A stretch of 64,000 nt of DNA from an uncultured Bacilli bacterium (GCA_947625505.1 CANQON010000005.1:819-64818); one strand, 5' to 3'; numbered from the stretch's first letter, positions 1 through 10,418 are shown. Numbers and translations are program-made. The notes: generated by a model from the letters alone, not told the origin.

Positions 1-230
1 CTTCTCTAGCATCCATATTTACAAAGCTATATTTTAAATATTCTTGAGCATTAGAGCCACATATTTTACCTATATATCTCTTATATAGTTTTAATGCTTT
101 AGCGTCTTTTAAATCGGTATTCTCACGATTAAATATTCCTAAACGACACTTTTCAAAATAAGTTGCTATTATATCATTATGAGCATCGTCTATTAAATTA
201 CCACTAGTATTAATTGCCATAATATCCCCC
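1..230 (-). CDS. hypothetical protein, N-terminal part (gene runs off the left edge)
   Basis: ATG at 228-230 follows a GGGGGGA Shine-Dalgarno and stays open to the window edge (MAINTSGNLIDDAHNDII...). No motif recognised. Confidence 0.5.
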
Positions 231-287
231 CAAAAAACGTTTCATATATTAACATATTTTCTCTTAAAAAGCAAATTAAAACTAGTA

Positions 288-1001
288 TTAACTAGTTCTT
301 TTTAAAGTATTTAAATATTTTTTAGTTGAATCATCAATACGTAATGATTCTTTTATTTTTTGAATAGCTTTATTATGTGTCCAAGGATCTAATTTATTAT
401 TTTTTATATATGTAAGTGTTTCATTAGGATATTTAATATAACAAATAGATATAAGCCATGCGATAGCCATTTGTACATAATAATGCTTGGTATTATATAG
501 GTCACATAATTGAAAGATAGTTTTTAAGTATTTTTGATCGATATAGTAATCTAATAATAAGACATACCCTACCCTTTTCTTCCAAGGATTATTTTGTTTT
601 AGTAAATTAATAATAAAGATAAGTCCTTCATCGAGATTTTGACGCCAAATATGCATATTAGCAACTGTTGTATCACATAATGACCAATTATCTATATAGG
701 TAATATAATCGCTAAATAGTTTTAATATATCCTTAAACTCCTCTTTTATATTCCCTATTAATAAGCCATGTAATAATTTTTCTTCTAAAGTTTGATGCTT
801 ATTATATTTGATAAACGCTTGATAATCTGATTTACTAATATTTTTTGCTATCTTCTTTAGTTCAGGTATTCTAATACCTATTATTTCTTGATTATTAACA
901 CCTATTTTAGATATAAAGTCACGATACTTTAAATCTCTTTTTTTATATAAATCATCAATAAATATTTGATATGTTTTTTCATTCCAAATTATTTCTTTCA
1001 T
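288..1001 (-). CDS. DNA alkylation repair protein (AlkD/AlkC-like HEAT-repeat family)
   Basis: 237 aa helical-repeat protein. Its layout (..NWSLCDT.., ..PWKKRVGYVLLL.., ..VQMAIAWLIS.., ..PWTHNKAIQKIKES) is typical of the DNA_alkylation family. Confidence 0.7.
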   Translation of the reverse strand: MKEIIWNEKTYQIFIDDLYKKRDLKYRDFISKIGVNNQEIIGIRIPELKKIAKNISKSDYQAFIKYNKHQTLEEKLLHGLLIGNIKEEFKDILKLFSDYITYIDNWSLCDTTVANMHIWRQNLDEGLIFIINLLKQNNPWKKRVGYVLLLDYYIDQKYLKTIFQLCDLYNTKHYYVQMAIAWLISICYIKYPNETLTYIKNNKLDPWTHNKAIQKIKESLRIDDSTKKYLNTLKRTS

Positions 1002-1023
1002 AATGTTATTTTAACATACTCCC

Positions 1024-1755
1024 TTAAAATAGTAAATGTGTCATAAGCGCTAAAAGAATACCTAATAGAAAGCTTATTAATACTTTACTTAGAGAATAGT
1101 TTAATCCTTCTTTTAGAATATCTTTAAGCGCTACTAAAATCATGATACCTGATACTAATGCAAGCAAGATACCCATGATAAGATCATTTGATATATTTCT
1201 TAAAAATAAATAAGCTGTTATAGCGCCTATAGGTTCTGATATAGCGCTAACTAAAACATATTTTAAGGCTTTTAATTTACTATTGGTACTATAATAAATA
1301 GGAATAGCTATACATATTCCTTCAGGAATATTATGTAAGGCAATTGATAAAGCAAGGACAATACCTGATTTAGTTTCTATTGATGTTGTAATATAAGTAA
1401 TTATGCCTTCTGGAATATTATGTAATATAATCGTAATCATTGATAATATGCCTACACAATATAAGGAATTATTACTTTTCGGTATGATACTTTTTATACC
1501 TAATGTTATACCTAATCCTAAGATAAAAAAGAATAAAGATATAAATAAACTAAATGATGATATATATATATTATGAAAATACTTATAAGAATTTATTAAT
1601 AAATCAAATATAGATATAAAAAGCATTATACCAATAGAAAATCCTAATGCATAAGGAATAATCTTATCCTCTTTTATTTTTAAATAGATAAATAAAAAAC
1701 CTAGTATGGTACTAAATCCTGCTAAAGAAGATAATATAAAAGCTAATATATTCAT
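1024..1755 (-). CDS. ZIP family metal (zinc) transporter
   Basis: Polytopic hydrophobic protein with a duplicated HNIPEG motif (LHNIPEGIITY, LHNIPEGICIA), characteristic of ZupT/ZIP transporters. Confidence 0.8.
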   Translation of the reverse strand: MNILAFILSSLAGFSTILGFLFIYLKIKEDKIIPYALGFSIGIMLFISIFDLLINSYKYFHNIYISSFSLFISLFFFILGLGITLGIKSIIPKSNNSLYCVGILSMITIILHNIPEGIITYITTSIETKSGIVLALSIALHNIPEGICIAIPIYYSTNSKLKALKYVLVSAISEPIGAITAYLFLRNISNDLIMGILLALVSGIMILVALKDILKEGLNYSLSKVLISFLLGILLALMTHLLF

Positions 1756-1791
1756 ATTATATAATATAAAAATAGAAGAATTAATATTCTT

Positions 1792-3162
1792 CTATTTTAA
1801 ATATTCATTTAATAAATCTGTAAATTCTTTTTGAATAGCTTGTAGTCTTTCTTCCGTCTTAGCTTCAAAACGAACTGTTATATTAGGACCTGTATTAGAA
1901 GCACGAACAAGAGCCCATCCATCATCAAAGGTAACACGTACTCCATCAACAGTAATAATATTATAATTCTTATTTATACAATATTGTTTTACTTTTTCTA
2001 TAACATCAAATTTGATACTATCATCAGCTTTAAATTTTAATTCTTCTGTAGAATAATAGTGATTGATATTAGCAAGTAAATCTGAAACTTTAGCATTTGT
2101 TTTAGATAGTATTTCAATTAAACGTAAACCTGCATATATACCATCATCAAAACCTGGCCATTTATCTCTAAACCATAAGTGACCTGAGTATTCACCACCG
2201 AAATCATAATCACCTTCATTAATAGCTAAATTCATATAAGAATTACCTGTACGATTCATAGTTCCTTCTAAACCTAATTTTTCTATTTCATCAATTAAAG
2301 TTTTAGAACATTTTACATCATAGATAGCTTTTTTCTTTTTCATGACATTAACCATACTACGATAAACAATTAACATTATTAAGTCATTACTAACAACATT
2401 TCCATTTTCATCGACTAATCCTACACGATCAGCATCACCATCAATACCAATTCCTAAGTCATAACCTAATTCTCTTACTTTATTACCTAAATCTTTAAGA
2501 TTTTCATGAACACAAGGATCTGGGTGATGATTAGGAAAAGTAGGATCAGAATCACAATATAATAATTCATAATCAATATCAAACATATCTAAAATGTCTT
2601 TAACAATAATAGAGCCTGTACCATTACCACAGTCATATACAACTTTTACTCTACGACTACCTAAGTCAACACTTTTTTTAACTTCTTCTAAGTATTCATC
2701 ACGAATATTCATTGTTGTAATATATCCATTACCATTAATAAAGTTATTAGCGTTTGTATAGTCACGGAAATCGGTAATAGCTTTACCACAGGCATTACCT
2801 TTATCATTAAAAGATATTTTAAATCCATTATATTCTCTAGGATTATGACTAGCTGTAATCATAATACCTGCTTGGATATTATTTTTCTTTTTAGCATAAT
2901 AATACATTGGTGTTGTAACAAGTCCTAGATTAATTACATGAACACCTGTAGATAATAATCCTTTAATTAATCCATTAGATAATATAGGTCCTGATTCACG
3001 ATTATCATTACCTATAATTACTTCATGATTACCCATTGTCTGAATGTATGATCCAAAACTGCGTCCAAATGTATAGGCTACATCAATATCTAAGTCCTTA
3101 CCATATATTCCTCTTACATCATATTCTCTAAATATTTCATCATTAACTTTTACTATATTCAT
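1792..3162 (-). CDS. phosphomannomutase/phosphoglucomutase family protein
   Basis: TASHNP phosphoserine loop, GIDGDADR metal-binding loop, GEYSGH sugar loop, and a 456 aa length. Confidence 0.88.
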   Translation of the reverse strand: MNIVKVNDEIFREYDVRGIYGKDLDIDVAYTFGRSFGSYIQTMGNHEVIIGNDNRESGPILSNGLIKGLLSTGVHVINLGLVTTPMYYYAKKKNNIQAGIMITASHNPREYNGFKISFNDKGNACGKAITDFRDYTNANNFINGNGYITTMNIRDEYLEEVKKSVDLGSRRVKVVYDCGNGTGSIIVKDILDMFDIDYELLYCDSDPTFPNHHPDPCVHENLKDLGNKVRELGYDLGIGIDGDADRVGLVDENGNVVSNDLIMLIVYRSMVNVMKKKKAIYDVKCSKTLIDEIEKLGLEGTMNRTGNSYMNLAINEGDYDFGGEYSGHLWFRDKWPGFDDGIYAGLRLIEILSKTNAKVSDLLANINHYYSTEELKFKADDSIKFDVIEKVKQYCINKNYNIITVDGVRVTFDDGWALVRASNTGPNITVRFEAKTEERLQAIQKEFTDLLNEYLK

Positions 3163-3180
3163 ATTATTCCCTTTCTATCT

Positions 3181-4053
3181 TTAACTATGTGGATGATATT
3201 CATCATAATTTTTTCTTAATTCTTGATTAGATACATGCGTATATATTTGTGTTGTTGATATATCACTATGTCCTAATAGTTCTTGAATACTACGTAAATC
3301 AGCTCCATGATTAAGTAAATGTGTAGCAAACGAATGTCTTAAAGTATGGGGAGATAACTCTTTATTTATCCCCTTTTCATAGGCAATAGCTTTTAATATT
3401 TTAAAGAATCCTTGACGTGTCATTTTCTTACCATGATTATTTAAAAATAAATAATCATTATATTCTTTTTTTAGCATACTATCACGATATTCAGTAAGAT
3501 ATTTTTTTAAGTATTCAGTAGCATAATCACCTATCGGAATAATTCTTTCTTTACTACCTTTACCAATTGTTCGAACTAAAGCCATATCTAAATCGATATC
3601 ATGAACTTTTAAGTTAATTAATTCACTAACACGTAATCCACTAGCATACATTAATTCTAACATAGCTTTGTTACGATAACTAAAGGTATCAACTAAATTA
3701 ATATCTAAAAGATTATCGATATCTTCTTCATCTAAAGTTTTAGGTAATGCTTTATTAAGTTTAGGTAATTCAATATTTTCCATAGGATTATTAGATACAA
3801 CTTTCTCAATTACTAAAAACTTATAAAATGATCTTAAAGCAGATATATTACGTGCAATCGACTTTTTACTTTCTTCATGTTCTGTTAAATGTTTTAAATA
3901 TTTTTTAATATCTTTTTCATCAATACTAGTAATATTTTTATTTAAGAAAGTATCTACTTTAGTTAAATCACGGCGATAAGATTCTATAGTATTAGAACTA
4001 TATTTTTTATCGATTAATAAGTAATTACAAAATAATTCAATCTCATTTATCAT
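3181..4053 (-). CDS. xerD: site-specific tyrosine recombinase XerD-like
   Basis: N-terminal SAM-like domain (SSNTIESYRRDL). C-terminal catalytic motifs ASGLRVSEL, HTLRHSFATHLL and LGHSDISTTQIYTHV. Confidence 0.85.
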   Translation of the reverse strand: MINEIELFCNYLLIDKKYSSNTIESYRRDLTKVDTFLNKNITSIDEKDIKKYLKHLTEHEESKKSIARNISALRSFYKFLVIEKVVSNNPMENIELPKLNKALPKTLDEEDIDNLLDINLVDTFSYRNKAMLELMYASGLRVSELINLKVHDIDLDMALVRTIGKGSKERIIPIGDYATEYLKKYLTEYRDSMLKKEYNDYLFLNNHGKKMTRQGFFKILKAIAYEKGINKELSPHTLRHSFATHLLNHGADLRSIQELLGHSDISTTQIYTHVSNQELRKNYDEYHPHS

Positions 4054-4162
4054 TCTATCACATCTATTATCTAACTATTATAAGTATAACATTTATTAAG
4101 CATCTTGTAAATAAAGGTTAAAAATATGTTAAAATATAAATAGTAATAAGGAAAGTGATAAA

Positions 4163-5392
4163 ATGAATATGAATAATGATCCTTTAGCTATAAAAATGCG
4201 TCCTTTAAAAATAAAAGATGTTATTGGGCAAAAACATCTTTTAGGTAAAGATAAAATACTTTATAATTTAGTTAAAAATAAGAAATTATTTTCGATGATA
4301 TTATATGGTAAACCTGGTATAGGTAAAACTAGTATTGCTATAGCAATTATTAATGAATTAGGATTAAAATATCGCATCTTAAACGCAACTATAAATAATA
4401 AAAAAGACTTTGACATTGTTGTAGAAGAAGCTAAAATGTATAAAGGATTAGTTGTTATAATGGATGAAATACATCGTTTAAATAAAGATAAGCAAGATTT
4501 ATTACTTCCATATCTCGAAAGTGGATTAATAACTTTAATAGGTATGACAACATCTAATCCTTATCATAAAATTAATCCTGCTATTAGAAGTAGATGTCAA
4601 ATATTTGAGTTAAAAGAACTAACTAATGATGATATCATAGATGGTATAAAAAAAGCTTGTAAGAGTGAATATTTACCTAATATTAAGATAGATAATAAAA
4701 CAATGAAGATGATTGCTAATATATCGGGAGGAGACTTACGAGCTGCCTATAACTTACTTGAAGTAGCATACTATTCTACAAGTGACTTTCATATAACAGA
4801 AGAAGTAATTAAAAATATTAATAGTAAGCCTATATTCTTTCATGACAAGAATGAAGATGGCCATTATGATGTCATTAGTGCTTTTCAAAAAAGTATTAGA
4901 GGCTCTGATGTTAATGCTTCATTATATTATTTAGCTCGTTTAATCGAAGCAGAAGACTTAGATATCATATATCGACGTATGAGTGTTATTGCCTATGAAG
5001 ATATCGGACTTGCTAATCCTAGTATGGGGCCTAGAGTTGATGCCTGTATTAATACTTGTGAAAGACTAGGATTACCAGAAGCTAGAATACCTCTTGCTGT
5101 TATGGTAATAGATTTAGCATTATCTCCTAAATCTAATAGTGCTATTATGGCTCTTGATGCAGCCTTAGATGATATACATAATGGTTCAAGTGGAAACGTA
5201 CCAGATCATATTAAAACAACAGCCTTTGGCTATAAATATCCTCATGATTATCCTCATGCCTATGTAAAGCAACAATATTTACCTGATCAAATTAAAGATC
5301 ATCGCTATTATAAACCTAAAAATACAAGTAAATATGAAACTAATTTAAAAAATATTTATGATAATATTAATAGATTAAATGAAAAAGAGTAG
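4163..5392 (+). CDS. rarA: replication-associated recombination protein A (AAA+ ATPase RarA/MgsA)
   Basis: Walker A GKPGIGKTS, Walker B VIMDEIHR, and an MgsA C-terminal region (HYDVISAFQKSIRGSD..YYLARL). Confidence 0.9.
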   Translation: MNMNNDPLAIKMRPLKIKDVIGQKHLLGKDKILYNLVKNKKLFSMILYGKPGIGKTSIAIAIINELGLKYRILNATINNKKDFDIVVEEAKMYKGLVVIMDEIHRLNKDKQDLLLPYLESGLITLIGMTTSNPYHKINPAIRSRCQIFELKELTNDDIIDGIKKACKSEYLPNIKIDNKTMKMIANISGGDLRAAYNLLEVAYYSTSDFHITEEVIKNINSKPIFFHDKNEDGHYDVISAFQKSIRGSDVNASLYYLARLIEAEDLDIIYRRMSVIAYEDIGLANPSMGPRVDACINTCERLGLPEARIPLAVMVIDLALSPKSNSAIMALDAALDDIHNGSSGNVPDHIKTTAFGYKYPHDYPHAYVKQQYLPDQIKDHRYYKPKNTSKYETNLKNIYDNINRLNEKE

Positions 5393-5407
5393 TACCCTAC
5401 TCTTTAA
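5388..5407. terminator. bidirectional hairpin between convergent rarA and queH
   Basis: AAAGAGTAG-tacc-CTACTCTTT, a 9-bp stem overlapping both stop codons. Confidence 0.6.
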
Positions 5408-6000
5408 TTATGCTCTTTAGAATATTTACATCCACAGTAATCTTGACGATATAAATTAAATTCTTTAGATAATTCTAGTGATCTTTTATAGCCATTTTTC
5501 TTTTTAAAATCAGCATATAAATAATTAATATGATATTCTTTTTCTAATTCTTCCCCTATTTCATTAATCCAACTACTTATTTTATAAGGACTAATAGATA
5601 AAGTAGTTGTAAAATAATCAAAGTGATGCTCTTTAGCATACTTACATGCTCTTTCTAATCTTAATTTATAACAAGCATAACATCTTTTACTTTTTTCACC
5701 TAGTTCTTCTAATCCTTGAATAGCTAAGTCATAATCATCAGGATTATAATCATCAATAACTAATTTTACTTCATGCATATAATTTCTTTTAGGTAAAAAG
5801 TTTTGTAATTCTTCTAAACGGCGATTATATTCTTCTTTAGGATATATATTAGGATTATAATATAATATCGTAATATTAAAATACTTGCTTAAATATTCTA
5901 AGACATAACTACTACAAGGAGCACAACAAGCATGTAATAATAATGTAGGTGTTCCTTCTATATTATTTAATATTTCCTCTAATTTTAATTGATAATTCAT
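5404..6000 (-). CDS. queH: epoxyqueuosine reductase QueH (DUF208)
   Basis: LLHACCAPCS N-terminal Cys motif and C-terminal QDYCGC, at about 198 aa. Confidence 0.85.
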   Translation of the reverse strand: MNYQLKLEEILNNIEGTPTLLLHACCAPCSSYVLEYLSKYFNITILYYNPNIYPKEEYNRRLEELQNFLPKRNYMHEVKLVIDDYNPDDYDLAIQGLEELGEKSKRCYACYKLRLERACKYAKEHHFDYFTTTLSISPYKISSWINEIGEELEKEYHINYLYADFKKKNGYKRSLELSKEFNLYRQDYCGCKYSKEHN

Positions 6001-6027
6001 AAAACCTCCTAATGAAAAAGACTATTG

Positions 6028-6741
6028 TTAGCACGTACCATCACAATAAGTCTTATTCATTTCTTTGATATCATTTTCAAATGTCTTAGTAATTTCTTTT
6101 TTATCATTATCTGATAATTTAGTATAATTATCTTCATTAATAGTATATGAATCGATTACTTTACCATCTTTAATAAAGATAATCGTAGGCGCAAATATTC
6201 TTTTTTCATTAGTTATATATATTTTACCATTATAAAGATAATTAAAATCTTCTAATTGTTCATCAAATAATTCTAATAATTTGTAATAAGTACTTTTACC
6301 TTTAGTTAATAGTAATTTACCATTATCAACTCTAACAGATGAACGAATATCTTTAATATTTATATAATTAATGGTATCAACATGATAAATAAATGCTACA
6401 TCAAGTAATATTTGAACTACTTCACGACTAGCATTGCTTTCAGGAAATCCTAAATAGACAATGCCAGAATTATTGTTAAGTAATTCTTCTATTTGTTGGG
6501 TACTACTATATACCATAGGATTTTCATCTAAAATATTAAGATTAACTAGAATATCGCCATTTTCTAATTGCTTATTATTTAAGTCTTCATATTCTTTCTT
6601 AAATTTTTGGGCATCACTAACGACAATAGGAATATCACTTTCTTCTTCTTTACCAATATTTAAAGCAATGATAAATCCTCCAATTACTAATACTAAACTT
6701 AAGGTAAGAGCAAGTACTTTAGGAACTGTATTTTTTTTCAT
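6028..6741 (-). CDS. membrane-anchored thioredoxin-fold-like protein, no CxxC
   Basis: N-terminal signal anchor (VPKVLALTLSLVLVIGGFII). Start moved to the ATG at 6739-6741 behind GGAGTAGGTGA. YLGFPESNAS sits where thioredoxin-like accessory proteins carry CxxC. Ends in ..YCDGTC. Confidence 0.5.
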   Translation of the reverse strand: MKKNTVPKVLALTLSLVLVIGGFIIALNIGKEEESDIPIVVSDAQKFKKEYEDLNNKQLENGDILVNLNILDENPMVYSSTQQIEELLNNNSGIVYLGFPESNASREVVQILLDVAFIYHVDTINYINIKDIRSSVRVDNGKLLLTKGKSTYYKLLELFDEQLEDFNYLYNGKIYITNEKRIFAPTIIFIKDGKVIDSYTINEDNYTKLSDNDKKEITKTFENDIKEMNKTYCDGTC

Positions 6742-6747
6742 ATTCAC

Positions 6748-8490
6748 CTACTCCAAGATAGCCTTAATACGTCTTACTCCTGCTGAACTAGCTTCTTCCT
6801 TTTTAATTTTAAAACGACCTAATTCACTAGTATTTTTAACATGTGGACCTCCACATAATTCTTTAGATATATCTCCAATACTATATACTGTAACTATATC
6901 AGGATACTTCTCAATAAACATACATTCTGCTCCTGATGCGATAGCTTCTTCTTTAGGCATTTCTTCTCTCACTACATCTAATCCATCATTAATCCATTTA
7001 TTAACTAATTCTTCAGCACGATTCTTTTCTTCATCAGATAGCTTATGATCACAACTGAAGTCAAAACGCATACGTTCAGATGTTATATTAGATCCTTTTT
7101 GATGAACATCAGGCCCAACAACAACTTTTAAAGCAGCGTTAAGTAAATGGGTAGCTGTATGATACTTAGTTTCTATTTCACCATTACCTGCAAGTCCTCC
7201 TTTAAACTTACCTGCAGATGCTGTGCGAGATAATTCTTGATGTTCCTTAAATTTAGTTTCAAAACCTTTAACATCAACCGTTAAACCTTTTTCTGTAGCA
7301 AGTTCAACCGTAAGTTCAATTGGAAATCCATATGTATCATATAAATGGAAAGCTGTTGTTGCATCAATATTTTGATTATCTTTAGTTGCCTTTTCAAACT
7401 CTCTTAAGCCTTTTTCTAAAGTACGATTAAATTTAATTTTTTCATTTTTTAATACTTCTAAAACAACATTATAATTATATTCTAATTCTTTATAATAGCC
7501 TTTATATTTATCTAGTAATAATTTAGCTATTTCTTCTTCCCAATTACTATTAATATCAATATTTAAGTTTTTAGCATGTCTAATAGCTCTTCTTATTAAT
7601 CTTCTTAAAATATATCCTTGATCCGTATTACTAGGTTTAATACCTGCAGGATCAGCTGCAATAAAGACTGCTGTACGTAAATGATCAGCAATAATACGCA
7701 TACTTACTTCATTACCTTCATAAGGCAAATTAGATATCTTACTAATTAGTTCAATAACATCTTTCCAAATGCTAGATAAATAGTTATCATTAACGCCTTC
7801 TAAGATAGCTGTTGTTCTTTCAACACCCATACCTGTATCAACATTTTTTTTAGGTAATTCAGAAATAGATCCATCACTAGCTTTATTATATTGCATAAAA
7901 ACATTATTCCATATTTCTACCCAACGATTATCTTCAGGATCAAATACTTCAGGTATTTCATCCTCACTACGCCAGTAAAAGATTTCCGTATCAGCTCCAC
8001 ATGGACCTGTCTCTCCTGCAATCCAAAAATTATCTTCAATCGTTCTAGCAATTCTCTCTTTTTTAATACCTAAACTTAACCATTTATTATAACTAACTTC
8101 ATCAAATGGTATATCATTATTACCTGCAAAAACAGTAACAGCTAATCTATCGGTAGGAATATGTAATACTTCAGTTAAAAACTCATAACTCCAAGTAATA
8201 GATTCATCTTTAAAATAATCTCCTAAACTCCAATTACCAAGCATTTCAAAAAATGTATGATGCGTTGTATCTCCTACTTCATCTAAATCGATTGTACGAA
8301 TACATTTTTGATAATCACATAATCTTGTACCATAAGGATGTGTTTGTCCCATTAAATAAGGAATTAATGGTTGCATTCCTGCTGTATTAAATAATACAGA
8401 AGGATCATTTTCTGGTACTACAGGAGCACTAGGTATTTGTTTATGTCCTTTACTAATAAAAAAATCTATATATAAATCTTTAAGATTCAT
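6748..8490 (-). CDS. alaS: alanine--tRNA ligase, short form lacking the C-Ala domain
   Basis: Class II AlaRS core (FNTAGMQP, HHTFFEMLGNWS, WVEIWNNVFMQ) and editing-domain zinc motifs (HTATHLL, CGGPHV). Start set at MNLKDLYIDFF (ATG 8488-8490) behind GAAGGTGA. Only about 580 aa. Confidence 0.88.
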   Translation of the reverse strand: MNLKDLYIDFFISKGHKQIPSAPVVPENDPSVLFNTAGMQPLIPYLMGQTHPYGTRLCDYQKCIRTIDLDEVGDTTHHTFFEMLGNWSLGDYFKDESITWSYEFLTEVLHIPTDRLAVTVFAGNNDIPFDEVSYNKWLSLGIKKERIARTIEDNFWIAGETGPCGADTEIFYWRSEDEIPEVFDPEDNRWVEIWNNVFMQYNKASDGSISELPKKNVDTGMGVERTTAILEGVNDNYLSSIWKDVIELISKISNLPYEGNEVSMRIIADHLRTAVFIAADPAGIKPSNTDQGYILRRLIRRAIRHAKNLNIDINSNWEEEIAKLLLDKYKGYYKELEYNYNVVLEVLKNEKIKFNRTLEKGLREFEKATKDNQNIDATTAFHLYDTYGFPIELTVELATEKGLTVDVKGFETKFKEHQELSRTASAGKFKGGLAGNGEIETKYHTATHLLNAALKVVVGPDVHQKGSNITSERMRFDFSCDHKLSDEEKNRAEELVNKWINDGLDVVREEMPKEEAIASGAECMFIEKYPDIVTVYSIGDISKELCGGPHVKNTSELGRFKIKKEEASSAGVRRIKAILE

Positions 8491-8491
8491 T

Positions 8492-9145
8492 TTAATCACC
8501 TTCAATTATATTTATCATTTGTTCTACAACTTCATCAATTGACATATTAGTTGTATCTATGTATATAGCATCTTCTGTACGCATAAGTGATCCTACTTCT
8601 TTATGCATATCATTATAATCTCTTTTTTGAATACTATCTAATACTTCTTCAAAAGACATATCAATGCCTTTTTCTTTATTTTGTTCAAAACGACGACGTG
8701 CTCTCTCTTCTAAAGAAGCATCTAAGTAAAATTTATAATCAGCATTTGGGAAAACGACAGTAGTAATATCTCTACCTTCCATAATAACGTCTTTTCCTTC
8801 CGCCATCTTTCTTTGAAGATCAACCATATTAGCACGTACTTCTACAATACTAGAAATAGGAGAAACAATAGATGTTACATCTTTTTCTCTAATACGTTTA
8901 GATACATCTTCACCATCTAAATAAACTCTACCTTGATCATCAAATTCAATATTTATTTTACCAGATAATTCAATTATCTTATCTTTATCATCAATACTTA
9001 AATTATTATTAAGAGCTGCAAGCGCTACACAACGATATGTAGCTCCTGTATCAATCGTAACTAAATGACATCTAGAAGCAATAATAGGTGTAATAGTACC
9101 TTTACCACTACCTGCAGGTCCATCAATCGCAACAACTTTACTCAT
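8492..9145 (-). CDS. cmk: cytidylate kinase
   Basis: MSKVVAIDGPAGSGKGT P-loop start behind GGAGGAG, about 217 aa. The upstream part of the ORF-track extension overlaps the preceding gene. Confidence 0.9.
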   Translation of the reverse strand: MSKVVAIDGPAGSGKGTITPIIASRCHLVTIDTGATYRCVALAALNNNLSIDDKDKIIELSGKINIEFDDQGRVYLDGEDVSKRIREKDVTSIVSPISSIVEVRANMVDLQRKMAEGKDVIMEGRDITTVVFPNADYKFYLDASLEERARRRFEQNKEKGIDMSFEEVLDSIQKRDYNDMHKEVGSLMRTEDAIYIDTTNMSIDEVVEQMINIIEGD

Positions 9146-10304
9146 CTTCTTCTCCTCCATTACTATTAAAAAAGTCATATTTCTCATCAAAGAATAAATA
9201 TATTTGTTTTATAACAGCTATAATTGGTGTAGATATAACCATACCAACAATACCCCAGAAATGTCCAAAAACAAGTAAACCTGTAATAATCGTAACAGGA
9301 TGTAACTTAGTTGTTTTACTCATAATATATTCTTGTAAGAAATTACCTTCAATAAATTGAATAATAATAATCGCTATCGTCGTTAATATACCAATAGTAG
9401 GACTCATTGAAAAGCCTACAATTACAGCAGGAACCGCACCAATATATGGTCCTACATAAGGTATTACATTAGTAATAGCACAGAATACAGCAAATAAAAG
9501 TGGTGCACGTAGTCCTACTAAACTAAAGACTAGTGAGCATATAATAAATATGACAATAGCATCAATAATAACACCCATTAAATAACTTCTTAAAGATCCA
9601 TTAATACTTACTAATAAAGTCTTAGTATCTTTACGCCATTTTTTAGGTACAATATCAATGATGATTTCACTAATACTACCTTTACGTAATAATAAGAAGA
9701 AACCAATAATTAAACCTACAACTAATGATGCAATACCAGATATGAATCCACTTACAATATTAATAACATATGTAGGTAAAGTAGAAGATATATCAGATCC
9801 AAATGATTCTAAGTGTTCGATAACTCCTGCTTTAATAGACTCCATATCAAGTCCTTCAATATTATTAAAATGATTTAAAAAGCCATTAATATATCCTTCT
9901 GCATTATCAATTATATTAGGAATACTATTTGCAAAAGAAACAATTTGATCATATAAGATTGGTAATAAAGAGCCTATTACTAAAGCTACAATACCTAGTA
10001 ACAAAACATATACAATAATAATGCCTAAAGACCTTTTAATACCTTTCTTTTGTAAATAATTAATTACAGGATTAAAAGTCCATGCGATAATCATACCAAT
10101 AAATAAAGGAGATAAAATTCCTATTATATCAAGTATAATTCGTGCGACTTTTAATTCTTGGCATACTTTTAATACAACATAAACGCATACAATACATATT
10201 AAAATGTAAAATATTTTTAAGACATGATGTGATAGTTTTAATATTTCATTAAGACGACGATAATTTATCTTTGATTTCGTCTTTGTTTCTTTTTCTTCCA
10301 TCAT
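9138..10304 (-). CDS. AI-2E family transporter (PerM/UPF0118)
   Basis: Eight-TM-like profile with the typical C-terminal NVIPYVGPYIGAVP motif. ATG at 10302-10304 behind AAGGTGA. Confidence 0.8.
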   Translation of the reverse strand: MMEEKETKTKSKINYRRLNEILKLSHHVLKIFYILICIVCVYVVLKVCQELKVARIILDIIGILSPLFIGMIIAWTFNPVINYLQKKGIKRSLGIIIVYVLLLGIVALVIGSLLPILYDQIVSFANSIPNIIDNAEGYINGFLNHFNNIEGLDMESIKAGVIEHLESFGSDISSTLPTYVINIVSGFISGIASLVVGLIIGFFLLLRKGSISEIIIDIVPKKWRKDTKTLLVSINGSLRSYLMGVIIDAIVIFIICSLVFSLVGLRAPLLFAVFCAITNVIPYVGPYIGAVPAVIVGFSMSPTIGILTTIAIIIIQFIEGNFLQEYIMSKTTKLHPVTIITGLLVFGHFWGIVGMVISTPIIAVIKQIYLFFDEKYDFFNSNGGEEDE

Positions 10305-10389
10305 ATTTATCACCTTTTTTAATTATATCAAATAATATGTCTTTTAACAATAATATGTAAGCTGTTTATGACTATTGAAAATTTAAAGT

Positions 10390-10418
10390 ATTATATATCT
10401 CTTCAATATATTTGTCAA
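10390..10418 (-). promoter_or_regulatory. sigma-A type promoter for the AI-2E transporter/cmk/alaS unit
   Basis: On the minus strand, TTGACA, 17 nt, TATAAT lies directly after the frr stop. Confidence 0.55.

Noticed and set aside
3181-4053. The two tyrosine recombinases (3181-4053 and 42545-43444) might mark integrated mobile elements.
   Set aside because: Both have the XerD/XerC architecture and sit in housekeeping contexts with no att-like repeats, phage genes or conjugation genes. The 66-bp repeats of the abi cassette are 3.3 kb or more from xerC and are not obviously linked to it.
6461-7048. Plus-strand ORFs in the track that lie antisense to conserved genes: 6461-7048, 7891-8073, 9658-9873, 12652-12873, 25673-25921, 27519-27884 (minus), 30081-30266, 50634-50831, 52577-52771, 53120-53356, 54280-54645, 56073-56264, 59326-59631, 60644-60868, 60974-61168, 63009-63329, and 19889-20083 in an alternative frame.
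   Set aside because: Each is fully embedded in, or antisense to, a gene with strong family motifs. Their translations are low-complexity S/L/F/I-rich strings typical of shadow frames in AT-rich DNA, and none has a convincing RBS.
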